Source: an uncultured Alphaproteobacteria bacterium (GTDB lineage: Bacteria; Pseudomonadota; Alphaproteobacteria; Rhodobacterales; Rhodobacteraceae). Taken from it: a stretch of 64,000 nucleotides of DNA. The position numbers and the translations under genes are program-made. The notes below the pieces were generated by a model that was not told the origin of the DNA, searched no databases, and worked only from the letters and a program-made list of their open reading frames with translations. The stretch is taken from positions 397,968 through 461,967 of the forward strand of contig CAVZRP010000007.1 in the NCBI GenBank assembly GCA_963777765.1, given 5' to 3'. The stretch's first letter is position 1; every line of letters begins with the position of its first letter. Below, piece by piece: positions 60,318 to 64,000 of this stretch.

Positions 60318-61328
60318 CTACTTCGCGCCTTCGATCACCTTGATCGCATCTTCCTGACTGTACTCGACGTTGGCCACACCGCCCGCTTGCGTGGTGGCAA
60401 GGTTGGCTTCCAGCGTGTCCTGGTCGATGCGCAGGAAGGGCACCGTCAGATCCTTCGGCACTTCCTTGCCGTCGAGGATTTGCTGGGCCACCCAGAAGGC
60501 CAGCGTGGAGACGCCGGGTGCGATGGAGACGGACATGGTGGTGTAGCCGTTCGCGTTCTTCTGTTCCTTCCACCACTTCAGTTCGTCCTCGCGGTTGCCC
60601 ATGATGATGATGGGCATCGGACGACCTGCGGCGGCAAAGGCCTGTGCAGCCCCATAGCCGTCTCCGCCCTGTGTGACGACGGCAGCTACATCGGGCAGCG
60701 AAGGCAGTATGCCTGCGACGGCCTTCTGCGCGACGTCCTGCGCCCAGTCGCCGTGGACCGACCCGACGATCTTGAACTGCGGGTTCTTCTCGACCCCTGC
60801 ATGGATGCCCGACGAGATTGCGTCATCCACGAAAACTCCGGCAAGGCCGCGGATTTCCAGCAGGTTGCCGCCCTCGGGCATTGCCTTTGCCAGATAGTCG
60901 ATCTGGCTTTCGCCCATCGCCTTGAAGTCGACCGCGATGCGCCAGGCGCAGGGTTCGTCGACGATGCCGTCGAAGGACACGACGGTGATGCCCGCATCGC
61001 AGGCCTCCTTGATCGCACCGTTGATCGCCGTCGGCGAGGCCGCGTTGACCACGATGGCGTCATAGCCCTGCAGGATCATGTTCTGAATCTGCGCCGCCTG
61101 CTCGGTCGCCTGGTTCTCGGCCGTGGTGAAGGGGTCCGCCGCAGCCACGATGCCGGCTTTCACAGCCTCTCCGGTGATCTTCTCCCAGCTGGTCAGCATC
61201 GCCTGACGCCAGGAGTTCCCGGCGTAGTTGTTGGAAAGAGCAATCTTCTTGGCCGAGGTATCGGCCAATGCAGGCATCGCAACGGAAATTGCCGCCGCCG
61301 ATGCGAGAAGTGTCATTCTGATGTTCAT
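60318..61328 (-). CDS. sugar ABC transporter substrate-binding protein
   Basis: Signal peptide, IALSNNYAGNSWRQAM; same subfamily pattern as 42240-43265. Confidence 0.93.
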   Translation of the reverse strand: MNIRMTLLASAAAISVAMPALADTSAKKIALSNNYAGNSWRQAMLTSWEKITGEAVKAGIVAAADPFTTAENQATEQAAQIQNMILQGYDAIVVNAASPTAINGAIKEACDAGITVVSFDGIVDEPCAWRIAVDFKAMGESQIDYLAKAMPEGGNLLEIRGLAGVFVDDAISSGIHAGVEKNPQFKIVGSVHGDWAQDVAQKAVAGILPSLPDVAAVVTQGGDGYGAAQAFAAAGRPMPIIIMGNREDELKWWKEQKNANGYTTMSVSIAPGVSTLAFWVAQQILDGKEVPKDLTVPFLRIDQDTLEANLATTQAGGVANVEYSQEDAIKVIEGAK

Positions 61329-61500
61329 ATCTTCCTCCCTGGTCATTCAGCCATGACCGCAGTTTTCTTTCGGTCTCCTTGCAGAGTCCGTTCTTTACGT
61401 GGTTGTGGGCTGAGGTTCCTCCGCTCAGTCCCCACAGGATGGTATAGAACAGAACACCTGTATAGATTTATTCAGGCAAGGCCTGCAGAATGTTCGGGAC

Positions 61501-61778
61501 GGGCTGTGTCAATCGAACGTCGCCCGAGAGCGGTTCTTGTACCCGGTCGCGTTTCGCGTGCCCCAGCCCTCCGCGCCTGTCGATGCTTCAAGGCGTGCCC
61601 GGAGTTCATTCGCCTGGCTCCGAAACGCCACGTCCGGCTTCCGCTGTCGCTTCGGAATGTAGATGACGTGCTCGATGAGCGCGGGAGCGAGATCAGCCAA
61701 CGAACGGTACGGTTCTGGCGAAGCCGATTGCGCCCGATGTTCGCCGCCGGGAATCTCGGCCAGGCTGTGCGAGTCTAG
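61501..61778 (+). mobile_element. degenerate IS6-family transposase remnant (5' part)
   Basis: FKACPEFIRLA..HVRLPLSLRNVDDVLDERGSEISQRTVRFW..L.PMFA matches the IS6 N-terminal pattern (IRLAV..Y.RFPLSLRNVEDLL.ERGI.IS.ETVRFW). No DDE part follows. Candidate left end gggctgtgtcaa at 61501. Confidence 0.8.
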
Positions 61779-61818
61779 CGACCGCAAACTGGCCATCACC
61801 TCGCGACAGATATCGGTC

Positions 61819-64000
61819 TCACCTCTCCACATTCCCAGCACCCGTCTTTGGCAGGGCAGTGTGGAAAGGTGTGGCGGATGCGGACCGGAAGAACCAGGCC
61901 TTCGCAATTTCCGTGGCAATGATGTATGTGCCGACGATCAGCAATACGGCGCCGAGTTCTGCCGCCGAGAGCGGCACGAAGCCGAAAAGTGCACTGGCTC
62001 CGCCAAGGAACGGGATCGCGAAGGTGGTGGCCGATACGGCGAGCGTCGACCACAGAAGCATACGGCTGGGCCGGCTGCGGAAGGCGGGCTTTCGGGTGCG
62101 CAGGACAAGCACGACCGCCAGTTCGGTGAGCAGCGAGATGATGAACCACGTGGTCTGGAATACTGCCTCACCCGCGTGGAAGATGTAGAGCAGGACGCCG
62201 AAGGTCAGCAGGTCGAAGACCGAACTGATCAGGCCGAAGACGATCATGAACCGCTGGATGTCCTTGACGTTCCAGCGCTGCGGGCTTGACACGTGATCGG
62301 GGTCTACATTGTCGGTGGAGATCGCCAGCGAAGGCAGGTCCGACAGGAAGTTGTTGAGCAGAATCTGCTTGGCGGCCAGCGGCAGGAACGGCAGCAGGGG
62401 CGTTGCCAGCGCCATGCTGATCATGTTGCCGAAGTTCGCGCTGGTGGTGATGGAGATGTATTTGAGCGTGTTGGCGAAGGTCCGCCTTCCATCCTCGACG
62501 CCCTGGCGCAGCACGTCCAGATCGCGGCTGAGAAGGATGATGTCGGCGCTCTCGCGGGCAACGTCGACGGCTTCGGCGACCGAGATGCCGACGTCGGCCG
62601 CATGAAGCGCCGGTGCATCGTTGATCCCGTCGCCCAGATAGCCGACGGAGTGGCCGGTGCGCTGCAGAGCGCGGACGATGCGCTCCTTCTGCTGAGGATC
62701 GATCTCGACGAACAGGTCGGTGCGCGGCGCAAGGTGCCATAGCGCTTCGTCCTTCATTTGCGCCAGATCCTCGCCCGTCAGCATCGACGTGGCGTCCAGC
62801 CCCACGGCCTCGGCCATGTGCGCCGTCACATGGCGGTTGTCGCCGCTGATCACCTTGATGGCGATGCCGAGCCGGGCGAGATCCCGGATCGTCTGCGCGC
62901 GCCTCGGGCTTGGGCGGATCGAGGAATACCAGAAAGCCGCGAAACACCATGTCGCGCTCGTCGTCGCGGTCATAGTCGGCTTGCGCAGCAACGCGGCGTG
63001 TCGCCAGCGCAAGAACGCGGAAGCCCTGTTCGCCCTTGGCCTTGAACACCGCCTCGAGGTCTGCACGCGCACGCATTGGTCAGCGGCACCTCTGATGCCA
63101 TCGCGCTCGAACGCCGTGCAACTGTCGAGCACGTTCGAGAACGCACCCTTGGTGACGATCAGATGCTGTCCCGGCGTGGCCGCCTCGGCCACCACGATGG
63201 TCAGCCGGCGGCGCACGAAGTCGTAGGGGATCTCGTCGATCTTGGTCAGGCCGCCCGTCGTCAGTCCGGCGACGTTGCCCGCCGCGACGATGGCAGCATC
63301 CAGCGGGTTCTCGATGCCGGTCTCGAGCGCGGCATTGACATAGGCGAGTCGCCGCACCTCGTCCGACGTGCCGGCCACCAGCGTCGAGCACCTCGCTGAG
63401 CACGATGGTCCCTTCGGTCAGCGTGCCGGTCTTGTCGGTGCACAGGATGTTCATGCTGCCGAGGTTTTCGATGGCATCCAGCCGCCGCACGATCACCCCG
63501 CGCTTGCCCATGGCGCGCGCGCCCGCCGAGAGCGTGACGCTGATGATGGCAGGCAGCAGTTCCGGCGACAGGCCCACCGCCAGCGCCACGGCGAACAGCA
63601 GCGATTCGATCACTGGGCGGTCGCAGAAGCAGGTTCACCGTCAGCACGAAAAGGACGATCACCACCATCACTCGGATCAGCAGATAGCCGAACTGCCGCA
63701 CACCGCGCGCGAAATCGGTCTCGGGCTGGGCGTGCCCGCAGCCGTGCGGCGATGGCGCCGAATTCCGTCCGGCGACCGGTCTGGACGACCAGCACCTTCG
63801 CCGTGCCGCTTCGCACCGAGGCACCAAGAAACACGGTGTTCGTTCCGCTCGGCAAGCGGGGCATCGGCGGCGACGATCGCCGGGCCGCTTCTCGACCGGG
63901 AAGGACTTCGCCCGTCATGCTGGCTTCGCTGACAAGGAAATCCTGCGCCTCGATGATGAGTCCGTCGGCGGGGATCAGGTTGCCCGCCGACAGAAGGATG
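61819..64000 (-). CDS. mgtA: Mg2+-translocating P-type ATPase (5' truncated by window; indels)
   Basis: FAVALAVGLSPELLP, LCTDKTGTLT, DEIPYDF.RRR, SGDN, YLGDGINDAPAL, SANFGN, NFLSD..TDNVD. Confidence 0.92.

Overview
A GC-rich alphaproteobacterial chromosome segment whose gene order and proteins look like Rhodobacteraceae/Paracoccaceae. 1-23 kb is a housekeeping backbone (metK-queF-trmB-aroA-cmk-rpsA-ihfB-lapA-trpF-trpB, chaA, pth, rplY, lldD, trpA, ychF) interrupted by accessory genes. The accessory genes include two VPLPA-CTERM surface proteins and a compact uncharacterised module: a secreted repeat-cassette peptide, two PepSY-like proteins with acidic low-complexity tails, and a membrane-anchored LuxR-type regulator, with duplicated upstream operator architecture. 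24.9-37.6 kb is an unexplained nitrogen-compound catabolic cluster: an atypical HisD paralogue, a GcvT-type flavin oxidoreductase, ALDH, two SDRs, YciI, an NCS1 permease with a 51-aa partner, a NitT/TauT-type ABC transporter and an XRE-cupin regulator. 37.6-61.3 kb is a sugar/sugar-acid island with three sugar ABC systems, Gfo/Idh/MocA dehydrogenases, a TIM-barrel isomerase, the otnK/otnC/ltnD/otnI tetronate pathway, a LacI regulator with two matching operators and a lactonase. An IS6 remnant and a partial mgtA close the window. Many genes, including trpA and ychF, carry single-base indels in blocks. These are most likely consensus errors, so the genes are reported as CDS with reconstructed ends. 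No rRNA, tRNA or CRISPR array was seen. All family calls come from motif recognition, not database searches.
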